From Escherichia phage Msk: a DNA stretch of 45,053 nt. The position numbers and the translations under genes were made by a program. This document shows, in pieces, positions 28,566 through 37,342 of this stretch (positions are counted from its first letter, which is position 1; each line of letters starts with the position of its first letter). Under the pieces are notes generated by a model that did not search any database, was not told where the DNA came from, and was given only the letters and a program-made list of their open reading frames with translations. The stretch lies in sequence record MW057918; one strand, written 5' to 3'.

Positions 28566-28646
28566 AGTACGCCGCCCTAGTAGCATTAGTACCACTGTTT
28601 AGCTTTACTATCTTATATTTTATCGTGATGAACTAAGGACTTAAAA

Positions 28647-29777
28647 ATGGCAGTAGCAAAGATTACCAACGAGCAGCTTATCGAAGAGTTGAAAAATGGC
28701 ATGACTAACAAGGCGATTGCAGAGAAGTATGGCATGAACATTCGCAACGTCGAGCTTCGTCGCAGCAAGTTGGCTAAGAGTGGAGTTGGGCATGGTAATG
28801 AGGGTATCAATAAGCTAGTACCGGATGGATATTTAGTCAAGGGCACTTCAACCATGATTGATGCGGAAGGGAATGAGAAGCTGCGCTGGGTTAAGACGAG
28901 CGTTGATAATGAGCGCCTTGAGGTTTTAATGGAGCAAGCTCGAGAAGCGTTTTGCTCTGAGTTGCCAAAGGCAGATTCGGTCAACCACTCAGGTAATGAG
29001 GTCAATTCTGAATTAATGACTCTTTACCCGATTTTCGATATCCATATCGGCATGATGGCTCATCGACATGAGTCTGGTGAAAATTATGACACGAACACAG
29101 CAGAGAAATTGATGGGGTCATATTTTGACCATGCAATTTCTGTATCACCAGCCTCGGAGAAAGCCGTGATTTTAGTTGGCGGCGACTTCCTTCACTCTGA
29201 TGGACTGGAGGCTGTAACCCCAGCAAGCGGACACTGCCTTGATCAAGATAGTCGATATGCCAAGTTAGTTTATGTAGCAATTCGATCAATTCGCGGTGCG
29301 GTAGAGAAGATGCTTAAGAAACACAAGGAGGTCGAGATTCAAATCATAGAGGGCAATCATGATCAAAGTGGTATGATTTGGCTTCGCGCTGCAATGGCTG
29401 CATTTTATGAAAGAGAGAGTCGAGTGTTTGTTGATACCAGTCCGGCAATCATGCACAAGACGCGATTTGGCTCAACATTACTTGGTTACACGCACGGTCA
29501 CACGATGAAGAAAGCCGAGGGTCGACTAGCAGCAATGGCGACCGACTACCGCAAAGACTTTGGTGAATGTGAGTTTGTTTACTGCCACTCCGGCCATTTC
29601 CATCATGCAACTGTTACAGAGTGCACTCTTGGGATTGATGAAGTCCACCCTGCACTTGCTAGCAAGGATGCATATGCGGCACGGGGAGGGTGGAGATCAT
29701 ATCGACAAGCGGCTGCAATTATTTACCACAAGAATTTTGGCGAGGTTGGTCGACACATTTATCGCCCAGGTATGTAA
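28647..29777 (+). CDS. HTH domain fused to calcineurin-like metallophosphoesterase
   Basis: N-terminal MTNKAIAEKYGMNIRNVELRR HTH-like; MPP motifs DIHIG, GGDFLHSD, EGNHD, GYTHGH, GHFH. Confidence 0.6.
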   Translation: MAVAKITNEQLIEELKNGMTNKAIAEKYGMNIRNVELRRSKLAKSGVGHGNEGINKLVPDGYLVKGTSTMIDAEGNEKLRWVKTSVDNERLEVLMEQAREAFCSELPKADSVNHSGNEVNSELMTLYPIFDIHIGMMAHRHESGENYDTNTAEKLMGSYFDHAISVSPASEKAVILVGGDFLHSDGLEAVTPASGHCLDQDSRYAKLVYVAIRSIRGAVEKMLKKHKEVEIQIIEGNHDQSGMIWLRAAMAAFYERESRVFVDTSPAIMHKTRFGSTLLGYTHGHTMKKAEGRLAAMATDYRKDFGECEFVYCHSGHFHHATVTECTLGIDEVHPALASKDAYAARGGWRSYRQAAAIIYHKNFGEVGRHIYRPGM

Positions 29778-29851
29778 ATAGTACTTTTTGTTAATAAAGC
29801 CTCAAAGGATTGAGGCAAAATGAATAAACGATAAAGAGATGAGGAATTGTA

Positions 29852-30325
29852 ATGATTTACGTATTTGATATCGATGGAACTATAGCTAATAATGAGCATA
29901 GAAGTAACCTCTTGCCATTCAGCGACCTTCACTTGACTTCAAGTTGGAAGGATTACAATAAAGCCTGTTCTGGAGACTCACCAATAATTCCAATGATAAA
30001 CATGATGAATACGTTATCCGACTCATCGCCAGTTTACATCATGACCTCAAGAAGTGATGAAGTTGAATGGAGGACTCTTGAGTGGCTTAAGGATAATGAG
30101 GTTGAGTATGATTCGATATACATGAGAAGTCGATATGACAACCGAAAAGATTACAAAATAAAAGAGGAATGGCTTAATGAAATCAGTGGTGGCGATAAAA
30201 GCAATGTGATTATTTTTGAAGATAACCCACAAGTAATTAAGCACCTAAGAAGTTGCGGATACACCGTTATGGCTGTATGTGAATATGAAGACCTACCTAA
30301 AGACTGCGAATCTCACGGAGAATGA
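29852..30325 (+). CDS. HAD-superfamily phosphatase (T4 Pnk 3'-phosphatase-like / nucleotidase)
   Basis: Motif I FDIDGT at N-terminus; C-terminal FEDNPQV...GY pattern resembles T4 Pnk phosphatase domain end. Confidence 0.55.
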   Translation: MIYVFDIDGTIANNEHRSNLLPFSDLHLTSSWKDYNKACSGDSPIIPMINMMNTLSDSSPVYIMTSRSDEVEWRTLEWLKDNEVEYDSIYMRSRYDNRKDYKIKEEWLNEISGGDKSNVIIFEDNPQVIKHLRSCGYTVMAVCEYEDLPKDCESHGE

Positions 30326-30879
30326 AAATGACTAAATTATTTATCCTTAATGGCCCAGCTGGAGTTGGCAAGGACACTATAGCGGATATGATGGTTGAGA
30401 CTGGTGTCGCAAAAGAAAAGGTATCATTCAAGTCACCAATATTTAGAGTTGCAAAAGGAATGCTATCAAGCGATGAATTTGATGAATTCATCAAGAATTA
30501 CGACAATAGAGACTATAAGGAATCACCTCATAGATTTCTTGTCGGTATGACAGTTCGTGAATTTATGATTTGGATTAGCGAGTCTGTAATGAAGCCAGCC
30601 TTTGGTGATGATGTTTTCGGTAAAAGGCTAGCGCAGTCACTTGGTGATGGCTGCTACATTTGCGCTGACGGTGGATTTGCTAGCGAGATTAAGCCACTGA
30701 TCGACGCTGGTGTTGAGGTCACGTTAATCAGATTGCATAGGGCAGGGTACACATTTGATGGCGATAGTCGCTCATACATTCACGGGGTGTGCGCAAGAGA
30801 AATTGATGTTCGTGTTGTTGATTGTGATATTAATGGAACATCAGCATTGGTAAGGCACGTAATAAATAGCACAAATTGA
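30322..30879 (+). CDS. P-loop kinase, deoxynucleoside-monophosphate-kinase-like
   Basis: Walker A NGPAGVGKDTIAD resembles T4 gp1 dNMP kinase P-loop SGVKRSGKDTTAD; 4-nt overlap with HAD gene. Confidence 0.45.
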   Translation: MKMTKLFILNGPAGVGKDTIADMMVETGVAKEKVSFKSPIFRVAKGMLSSDEFDEFIKNYDNRDYKESPHRFLVGMTVREFMIWISESVMKPAFGDDVFGKRLAQSLGDGCYICADGGFASEIKPLIDAGVEVTLIRLHRAGYTFDGDSRSYIHGVCAREIDVRVVDCDINGTSALVRHVINSTN

Positions 30880-30909
30880 TAAAGATAATAATAAAAACTT
30901 AGTTATCAT
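30864..30909 (+). promoter_or_regulatory. Motif-class promoter (variant AAATAGCACAAATTGATAAAG, 22 bp, TATCAT)
   Basis: Variant motif overlapping kinase stop; leader acatcgaaacgag. Confidence 0.4.
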
Positions 30910-30950
30910 TAACACATCGAAACGAGATTAACTAAACGAGGAAACACAAA

Positions 30951-31127
30951 ATGACTAAAATGATTTATTGCACCAAAAACAACTCCAAGACTCTGCCATT
31001 TACAGTTAACCAGCCGTACAACGCAGAGTACCAGGGCGATGGATATTACAAGATTTATGGAGACGATATGACGCACATCTTAGCGCCGATTGATGGTTCG
31101 TTGGTTGAATTTATTATCGCTGACTAG
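30951..31127 (+). CDS. Hypothetical small protein (58 aa; not in ORF track)
   Basis: ATG with GAGGAAA SD downstream of motif promoter; translation done by eye. Confidence 0.35.
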   Translation: MTKMIYCTKNNSKTLPFTVNQPYNAEYQGDGYYKIYGDDMTHILAPIDGSLVEFIIAD

Positions 31128-31152
31128 CGCAGCAAAAACATAATGTTACGAA

Positions 31153-31180
31153 CGGGGAGCCTTTTGGCTCCCTTTTTTTA
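31153..31180 (+). terminator. Rho-independent terminator
   Basis: ggggagccttttggctcccttttttt. Confidence 0.7.
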
Positions 31181-31257
31181 TGCTTCTTTTCCGAGCGGTG
31201 CTAATGTATCATTCTTTTATTAACTTAAGAATTGACAAATACATAAAGGTGGATCAC

Positions 31258-31473
31258 ATGAGGGAAGTAATCAACGCCGCTACAGCATCAACTGGCGGTG
31301 CTGCGTTTACTGGAGCGGCAACTGGTCAAATGACTATAGCAATAATCAGCCTTATCGCTCTAATCATTTTTGGAGCTTGGGGTGCTTACTGGAAGTATAA
31401 GGATAGTCAAGCTATCAGGCGGGCGCTTGAATCTGGAGACTTGAAAATAGCAATCAATATAAGGAGCAAATAA
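31258..31473 (+). CDS. Putative holin (single TMD)
   Basis: ATG at 31258 after AAAGGTGGA; 71 aa with hydrophobic segment and charged C-terminus, immediately upstream of endolysin. Confidence 0.5.
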   Translation: MREVINAATASTGGAAFTGAATGQMTIAIISLIALIIFGAWGAYWKYKDSQAIRRALESGDLKIAINIRSK

Positions 31474-31959
31474 ATGAAGCAGAAGCTGCTAATTGGCGCG
31501 GCTACGGCTGCGGCGATATACATCGCAGCGCCGCTTGTTGAGCTCGTTGAGGGTGTGGAGAATAATCCTTACATGGACATTGCCGGAATCCCTACGGTAT
31601 GTTCCGGTATTACTGGACCTGATGTTGTTTGGGGTAAGACTTACAGCAATAGGGAGTGCCGGAACCTACTGGAGAAGCACATCCAGATTCATGCTAAGTA
31701 TGTTCAGGATGCGGTTACTTACCCAATTGCACAGCAGACAAGGGCAGCGTTAATTAGCTTTAGCTACAACGTTGGTGGTCATGCCATGAAGAACTCAACG
31801 GCAGTTCGACTTATCAACCAGGGTAAAGTGGAGCAGGGTTGCAAGGCTCTCGGAATGTGGAATAAGGCTACCGTTAATGGAAAAAAGGTTGTCGTTAAGG
31901 GTTTGGTGAATCGCAGGAATGAGGAGATTAAGTTATGCTTAAGCGGATTGCAGCGTTAG
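31474..31959 (+). CDS. SAR endolysin (T4-lysozyme-type catalytic E-D-T triad with N-terminal signal-arrest-release domain)
   Basis: Hydrophobic N-terminus LLIGAATAAAIYIAAPL followed by E-x8-D-x5-T pattern. Confidence 0.7.
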   Translation: MKQKLLIGAATAAAIYIAAPLVELVEGVENNPYMDIAGIPTVCSGITGPDVVWGKTYSNRECRNLLEKHIQIHAKYVQDAVTYPIAQQTRAALISFSYNVGGHAMKNSTAVRLINQGKVEQGCKALGMWNKATVNGKKVVVKGLVNRRNEEIKLCLSGLQR

Positions 31960-32324
31960 TAATGTGCGTAGCTTTATCTGGATGTTCAGCAACATCTGCT
32001 CTGACCGGCTTGATTGGCAGTAAGCCAGAGATTAGCGCTCAAGCTGGTGCAGAGAACAATAAGATTGGGGTTGGGTTAACTAATAAGGTTGACTCCAGTA
32101 ACTCAAGTGATGCTTCCGTTAAGGATTCTAGTGTTGGCTCTCTGGATAGCTCTAGCGGCAAAAAGACCTCTGACAACTCGATTAAGGCATCCACAATAAC
32201 TGCTGAAAAGATTGAGATCACCAATAACGACTCTTCCGCTCTTCCGTGGATTGGAACAGGGGCTATGGGGTTGCTGGTTTTTATTCTCCTGGCAGTAATC
32301 TTAAGACGTAAAAAAGCCCCTTGA
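31935..32324 (+). CDS. Unimolecular spanin (N-terminal lipoprotein signal plus C-terminal TMD), T1 gp11-like
   Basis: Lipobox LSGC near N-terminus, Ser-rich periplasmic region, C-terminal TMD then RRKK; overlaps endolysin 3' end. Confidence 0.6.
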   Translation: MLKRIAALVMCVALSGCSATSALTGLIGSKPEISAQAGAENNKIGVGLTNKVDSSNSSDASVKDSSVGSLDSSSGKKTSDNSIKASTITAEKIEITNNDSSALPWIGTGAMGLLVFILLAVILRRKKAP

Positions 32325-32345
32325 TAGGGGCTGTATATTTTTATC
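32310..32345. terminator. Bidirectional terminator between lysis cassette and minus-strand genes
   Basis: aaaaagccccttgataggggctgtatattttt. Confidence 0.55.
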
Positions 32346-32356
32346 TACAACTAACT

Positions 32357-32569
32357 TTAAAGTGGGATTAACTGCATTGATTCCACTCTAATTTCAATCC
32401 CGCGCACAAGTCCTTCCAGGCTTGTGGTGATGAATGACTCCGATACGTATCCACCATCAGAGATGGTAGCGATAATGTCACCATCACCCTGCTCTTTAAT
32501 ATCCACGGTCAGGAGGTTGGCTTTTGCTTTTGCAAGTACTGCCATCAGTTTTTCTACTGTGCTCATTTT
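32357..32569 (-). CDS. Hypothetical small protein
   Basis: Start taken at Met of MSTVEKL; ORF-track extension rejected. Confidence 0.35.
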   Translation of the reverse strand, partial: KMSTVEKLMAVLAKAKANLLTVDIKEQGDGDIIATISDGGYVSESFITTSLEGLVRGIEIRVESMQLIPL

Positions 32570-32676
32570 ATATACTCCTGTCTTAATATTATTTTCGGGT
32601 TGGCTTTTAAGCACCCGCGCTTCGATGGATTAATAATAGCAAAAGCCCTCTAGGGGCTTTTAACAAAAAGGGCTAT

Positions 32677-33012
32677 TTAATAGAATAATTCGTCGTCAGT
32701 CATTTTTCCTATGTTCATCATCTCTTTTATGTACTTGCTCTCATACCCGCTAAGTGACTCAAAGTTGAAGCTAAATGGCCTATTTAAACTCCCCTTGCTA
32801 ACAAACTCCCCACACTTACCATCAATGTATCCAGCAGTTAACATCTTTGCGCAAAACTCCTTTGAAGCAGCGCTGCAAAACTCTCTATGCGATAACCCTG
32901 CCGCCTTGCTAAATCTCTTAGAATCCTTATGTTGGTAGATGAATCGCGCCAAATGCTGGCGCGTGAAATAGGAATACGACTCGCAGAACTTAAATATATC
33001 GAGCAGGAACAT
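32677..33012 (-). CDS. Hypothetical protein
   Basis: 111-aa ORF. Confidence 0.4.
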   Translation of the reverse strand: MFLLDIFKFCESYSYFTRQHLARFIYQHKDSKRFSKAAGLSHREFCSAASKEFCAKMLTAGYIDGKCGEFVSKGSLNRPFSFNFESLSGYESKYIKEMMNIGKMTDDELFY

Positions 33013-33101
33013 AATTAACTCCAGGATATGCTTAAAACAACTACGATACCAAAAATCAATACAAAGAAATCAAGCAATATAAGTAGAATTTCAATCATCT
33101 A

Positions 33102-34685
33102 TCACCCCAGCAGTCGTGGATTAATGTAAACTTTATCACCAATCAGGCACGTATAGTTTTTCTCATCAAGCATTGGTAGTAAGTGGTCTTTAATCTTCGT
33201 CATTACTCCCGCTTGACCCTCGAACGGCTTAACCTTGCGAGCAGCTTCATATAGAGACCGGATGCCTACTACGCCTTTCCCATTTTTTACTTGCTTAATC
33301 AGAATATCAATCAGCTTATTCATCTCTGCATTGTCGCCAGCGTGACCCGCAGCGTTGGCAGATGACAAATAAGTCTTGCTAAGTTCCTGGAACATAATTA
33401 CAGCTTCCTGCATTGTATCAAGCTCAATTTCTCTCGACTTCTGAGGGCTACCGCCATTTGGGTTGAACCAGTTACGCACAGTGTGAAGAACCGCCGCAAT
33501 CCTGATTGCCTGCTTATCGAACTTACCCAACGCGCCTCGCAACATTGTGTGTGAATACTTCCCGCCGTCAGCAAGGTGCGGTTCCATTTCCTGACGAGCG
33601 CGGTTGAGATATTTCATTGCTGAATTACTAACTGTCAACTTAACTTCTTGCTCATTCATTATCTCGTGAACTAAACGGAAGTAATCAGCCTTCAACCCGG
33701 CATCAATTGGCTCATAAGTCGATTCGCCATTTTCATCAACGAATACACGCTCGCCCAGGAGTGACTTTTCACGTACAAGCAGGAAACGCTCAGATACACC
33801 GATACCACGCGCGCCAGCGTTCATGATAGCGTTGATTGTCTCATCCTGCGCAATTACAGAGATGCAACCCATAGCTACGAAGCTCATGTTGTTTTCAGCG
33901 TTAGCACGAGCGATAGATACGTTGCCAGCATCCCATGCCTTCAGTACAAGCTCGCTGTTCGTTTTCTTTGATCCGTCACCATAGGTCATGCCAAGTAGTG
34001 AGTTTACACTCGTTGCCTCATCCGAGATTACTGCAAAGTTACCCTGACGATTGTTTATTCGCGCAAGACCTTCCGGTGTGGTATCTGAAACCGGGAAAAC
34101 GATATCGCATAGTTTCTCGAGCTTTTCCTCAAGATCTTCTTTCTCCTCAAAAAGCGATTTCATCTCAGATGGTGACTTTTCCTGCTTCATCTCTTTGGAT
34201 AACGCAGATAGTTTAGCCATAATCTTTTTGCGCTCGCGCTTTCGAACTTCATTCAGTCGCTGAGTCTCGGCAATCATTGGCGCAATAGAAAGTGAGTTAA
34301 TTGCTGATTTACCAGTCGATGGTGGCTGACTCGTTACGACGTAAAGCGAGGTTGGCTGCTGAGTTCCGTGATACTCTACGGTAAAACGTCCAAGCATGGC
34401 AGCGGAAATACACCCCAGGAAGTGCATGTATGCGGACGACTCCGGGAATTGCACGCTCCGAGCAATGTTAGCTGACAGCTTACCAACAACATCAATATCA
34501 TTTCCGAGTGATATTACAGGGTACTTATCATTTGCCGCATCAATCTCGACAGGAGCCTTCCAGAATGATTGAGACTGGCGATAGCCATTTGCATTAATAG
34601 CGACGCGCAAAGGTGGAAGGTTGTCTGCGGCAGCAATTGCCATAACCTGTTCAACAGATAGTTTATCTTCGTTGAAATCAAACAT
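33102..34685 (-). CDS. P-loop NTPase of unknown function (possible replication-associated ATPase, DUF3987-like)
   Basis: Walker A-like SQPPSTGKSA and Walker B-like FAVISDEATS; N- and C-terminal segments duplicated in pseudogene 37864-38283. Confidence 0.4.
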   Translation of the reverse strand: MFDFNEDKLSVEQVMAIAAADNLPPLRVAINANGYRQSQSFWKAPVEIDAANDKYPVISLGNDIDVVGKLSANIARSVQFPESSAYMHFLGCISAAMLGRFTVEYHGTQQPTSLYVVTSQPPSTGKSAINSLSIAPMIAETQRLNEVRKRERKKIMAKLSALSKEMKQEKSPSEMKSLFEEKEDLEEKLEKLCDIVFPVSDTTPEGLARINNRQGNFAVISDEATSVNSLLGMTYGDGSKKTNSELVLKAWDAGNVSIARANAENNMSFVAMGCISVIAQDETINAIMNAGARGIGVSERFLLVREKSLLGERVFVDENGESTYEPIDAGLKADYFRLVHEIMNEQEVKLTVSNSAMKYLNRARQEMEPHLADGGKYSHTMLRGALGKFDKQAIRIAAVLHTVRNWFNPNGGSPQKSREIELDTMQEAVIMFQELSKTYLSSANAAGHAGDNAEMNKLIDILIKQVKNGKGVVGIRSLYEAARKVKPFEGQAGVMTKIKDHLLPMLDEKNYTCLIGDKVYINPRLLG

Positions 34686-34742
34686 TACTTCTCTCCGTGT
34701 TGTTTCTGAGAGGCCATTATATCAACGACCTCTTACAATTCA

Positions 34743-34761
34743 TTATCAATTTGTGATATTG
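34743..34761 (-). promoter_or_regulatory. Degenerate motif-class promoter (ATATCACAAATTGATAAT, 22 bp, TATAAT)
   Basis: Half-motif followed by tataat at 22 bp on minus strand upstream of 33102-34685. Confidence 0.3.
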
Positions 34762-34871
34762 GTTGTTCTTAATCCACTTTAGGCACATCCACAATCCAGC
34801 CCCATAAAATGCAATCTTAAGAATTTCAACCAACAAAAGGATAATAAAGTAACCACCACCAAGTAAATCAA

Positions 34872-35111
34872 TCATTTTTTAATCTCCATTTCCACAATTT
34901 CATAACTTATGTAATTATTTATCATTCCAATAAGTGATTTTTGGTATGTTTTCATATGCTCCCTAGCGGAATCTTCATCAAGATGCGCTGATATGTTGTG
35001 AAAATTGTATTCATAATCCATGCCCATTAGTATGTATATCTTATCGTGCGCCTTAATGAGGTTATTTGATTTTATTTCCCCAAGCGACCATCCTTTTCCT
35101 TTTCTAATCAT
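34872..35111 (-). CDS. Hypothetical protein
   Basis: 79-aa ORF. Confidence 0.4.
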   Translation of the reverse strand: MIRKGKGWSLGEIKSNNLIKAHDKIYILMGMDYEYNFHNISAHLDEDSAREHMKTYQKSLIGMINNYISYEIVEMEIKK

Positions 35112-35461
35112 TTGTATTGAGCCTCAAATCGATAGTCGCCGCAAACTGTAACAAAGCCAACATCTTCGTCACGATATAGCTGCCAGGCGCTGCCCTCTTT
35201 ATCGTAAATGTATCCAGCACGCTGCCCAAGTCCAGCATGGAGATCTACTTGATATCTCTTCCCTTCAGTGAAGTACTTACGAATGGATGAGCGATGATTA
35301 ACATTTGTGCAGTAAATGGTCTTTGTCTTGATGTACTTGCCCCGCTCTTCAAGGTTAATCCATTTTCCATCTTTCTTGATTTGCTCTACTCCATTTTTAA
35401 CGCGAGCTTTATAGAGTACATTTTCGTTGCTGATCCAGTTTTTAGTTAGTGTAGTAGTCAT
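35108..35461 (-). CDS. Hypothetical protein
   Basis: 117-aa ORF with 4-nt overlap. Confidence 0.45.
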   Translation of the reverse strand: MTTTLTKNWISNENVLYKARVKNGVEQIKKDGKWINLEERGKYIKTKTIYCTNVNHRSSIRKYFTEGKRYQVDLHAGLGQRAGYIYDKEGSAWQLYRDEDVGFVTVCGDYRFEAQYK

Positions 35462-35621
35462 TTTGTTACTCTCTTAGTTGTCCACATGAATTTGTTAGGT
35501 ACTGATTTGCGCACGATTCGCACAACAATCTTGTCAACCTTCTGAACTAAACCGTAAATCTTTCCATCAGGTGAGGCTCGGTAAAAAGCCTCATCAATTG
35601 CGTCATTAAAGTTGTCGAACA

Positions 35622-35801
35622 TTAAATCTCTACCTTAACGTCAAACTCTTCAATAAGATAATAATCAGGACCAATTTCAAGATCTTTATCGATACCTGAT
35701 AGTCTATTTTTTTCCAATTCAGCCAGTTCATATGTATCAAAAACACCAAAAATTTCAAAACCGTCATAGTTAGTGTAACCATTAAGTATGTAAACTTTCA
35801 T
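35622..35801 (-). CDS. Hypothetical small acidic protein (MKVYI family; paralog of 19254-19403)
   Basis: 59-aa ORF not in track; downstream of motif promoter at 35856-35874. Confidence 0.4.
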   Translation of the reverse strand: MKVYILNGYTNYDGFEIFGVFDTYELAELEKNRLSGIDKDLEIGPDYYLIEEFDVKVEI

Positions 35802-35855
35802 TTTTTATCTCCCGTTTAGATGAGATGAATATACAGGAAAAGCCCCTGAAGGGTT

Positions 35856-36017
35856 TTAGCAATTCGTGCTATTGCGTGCCTTTTCTATCGCCTTAAGCAT
35901 AATTTCGTGACTTTCCAGTAAGTCCTCTCGGAACCAGTCCCCGCAAGGCCAACCCTTTCCGCTGTATGCGCTAATAACTTCCAGATCGAAGTAGTTTATC
36001 TCAGATGGTAATAGCAT
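35856..36017 (-). CDS. Hypothetical small protein ending in NSTNC (C-terminus encoded by promoter motif)
   Basis: 53-aa ORF translated by eye; last five codons plus stop are the motif AATAGCACGAATTGCTAA. Confidence 0.3.
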   Translation of the reverse strand: MLLPSEINYFDLEVISAYSGKGWPCGDWFREDLLESHEIMLKAIEKARNSTNC

Positions 36018-36028
36018 CAGTAATCATC

Positions 36029-36214
36029 CTATTCTTCTGGTTCGAAATCCCATACGATATATTCGCCTAATCTCTGAATTTCCGCACCAGACAGAAAATC
36101 GCCTAAAGCGAAAGATCTGTCTTCATCAGTTTTAAACGACTCCAAAGGGTACCGCTCGTAAAACTTATTAATTAAGTGTGCAATGTCAAATTTATCTGAT
36201 TGATTAGTCATCAC
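36029..36214 (-). CDS. Hypothetical small acidic protein
   Basis: 61-aa ORF. Confidence 0.35.
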   Translation of the reverse strand: MMTNQSDKFDIAHLINKFYERYPLESFKTDEDRSFALGDFLSGAEIQRLGEYIVWDFEPEE

Positions 36215-36450
36215 TTCACCTCGTCAAAAGTTGCAATACCAGGAATAAACATTTTAACCTTCCAGCCTTCGATAGCAATCCAGCCAGAATCGTTCTTGTG
36301 CGGTCTCTCAGCGCCATTAATCAACCACTCGTTCGGGATTACCTTGCCGTTAATGATTAGTGGCTCAGCGTCGTATACAGAGCCTTTAACGAACGGTGTT
36401 AACACTTTTTTGTCGGTACTTGTAATGCAATTGGTGCAGCGAATTTTCAT
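36211..36450 (-). CDS. Hypothetical protein with N-terminal CxxC
   Basis: 79-aa ORF, 4-nt overlap. Confidence 0.4.
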   Translation of the reverse strand: MKIRCTNCITSTDKKVLTPFVKGSVYDAEPLIINGKVIPNEWLINGAERPHKNDSGWIAIEGWKVKMFIPGIATFDEVK

Positions 36451-36461
36451 ATCTCAATCCT

Positions 36462-36640
36462 CAAATAAATGGTAGGCATTCGGCGCATCCAAGTCCATCA
36501 CAGCACAGGAATTCATCCTCTGACTGGAATTGCTTAGCCAAATATATGTCTAACTTTCCGCGCAACACAAGGTCGGTGTAATCTTCGTTAAGCTCAATCA
36601 GTGCGCAATCGTGGCGCAATTCATCTTTATCAATCTTCAT
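36462..36640 (-). CDS. Hypothetical small Cys-rich protein
   Basis: 59-aa ORF translated by eye with CCDGLGCAEC segment. Confidence 0.3.
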
Positions 36641-36970
36641 ATCTATACCCTCGTTGTTGGTGAGTTAACTATAGCCTCGCCACCAGCACATGTCTTTAGC
36701 AAAAAGTGCTATTCATTAGATTTATGTATTGTTGCATATATTGCAATGATTCACATGATTATTGCACATACAGCAATATTGCTTCAGATGCAATGATGTT
36801 TTTGATTGTTGCGGATTGAGCAATTAAGTGGTGAGTGAGTGAATGAAAGATGGATGGACTACCATACAAGTTGATTTTGATTCTTGCTAAGCTACTTTCA
36901 CGCATACACGTTATAAAAGTTATGCCGTGTAGATGCGCCAGCTCCCCGTTGGAATCATGTACGTCTATCA

Positions 36971-37073
36971 CGCTAAATTACGCAATGGTTACATAATAAT
37001 ATCTATATATATCAACCATTTAGTACTATTATTATTATTATTATTATATACGCGTATATAATGTATATAGTGG
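36971..37073. repeat. AT-rich intergenic block with (TTA)6-7 microsatellite and TATACGCGTATA palindrome; homologous to 17611-17706
   Basis: Shared tatctatatatatcaacc-(tta)n block; palindrome atatacgcgtatat seen directly. Confidence 0.6.
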
Positions 37074-37342
37074 ATATTGGATATTGCGATAGTTTTCTAT
37101 GATTTTTTCCTACAAGTGTAGGAATTGGATGACACTGTAGGAATAAATAGGCATATATGGGCCAATGCTCCATGAAAGCCGATGTACAAGCTATACGCAG
37201 TGGTTACATTGAGCTATATCTGGGGTTTGGAACTGAAAAGCGTAAATAAATTGAATTCAACCATAAATAACAATTGATAACATGTAACCTCAATGATACC
37301 ATGCACCCATCTTAACGAGAGCAACCAATCAGGAGTATATCT

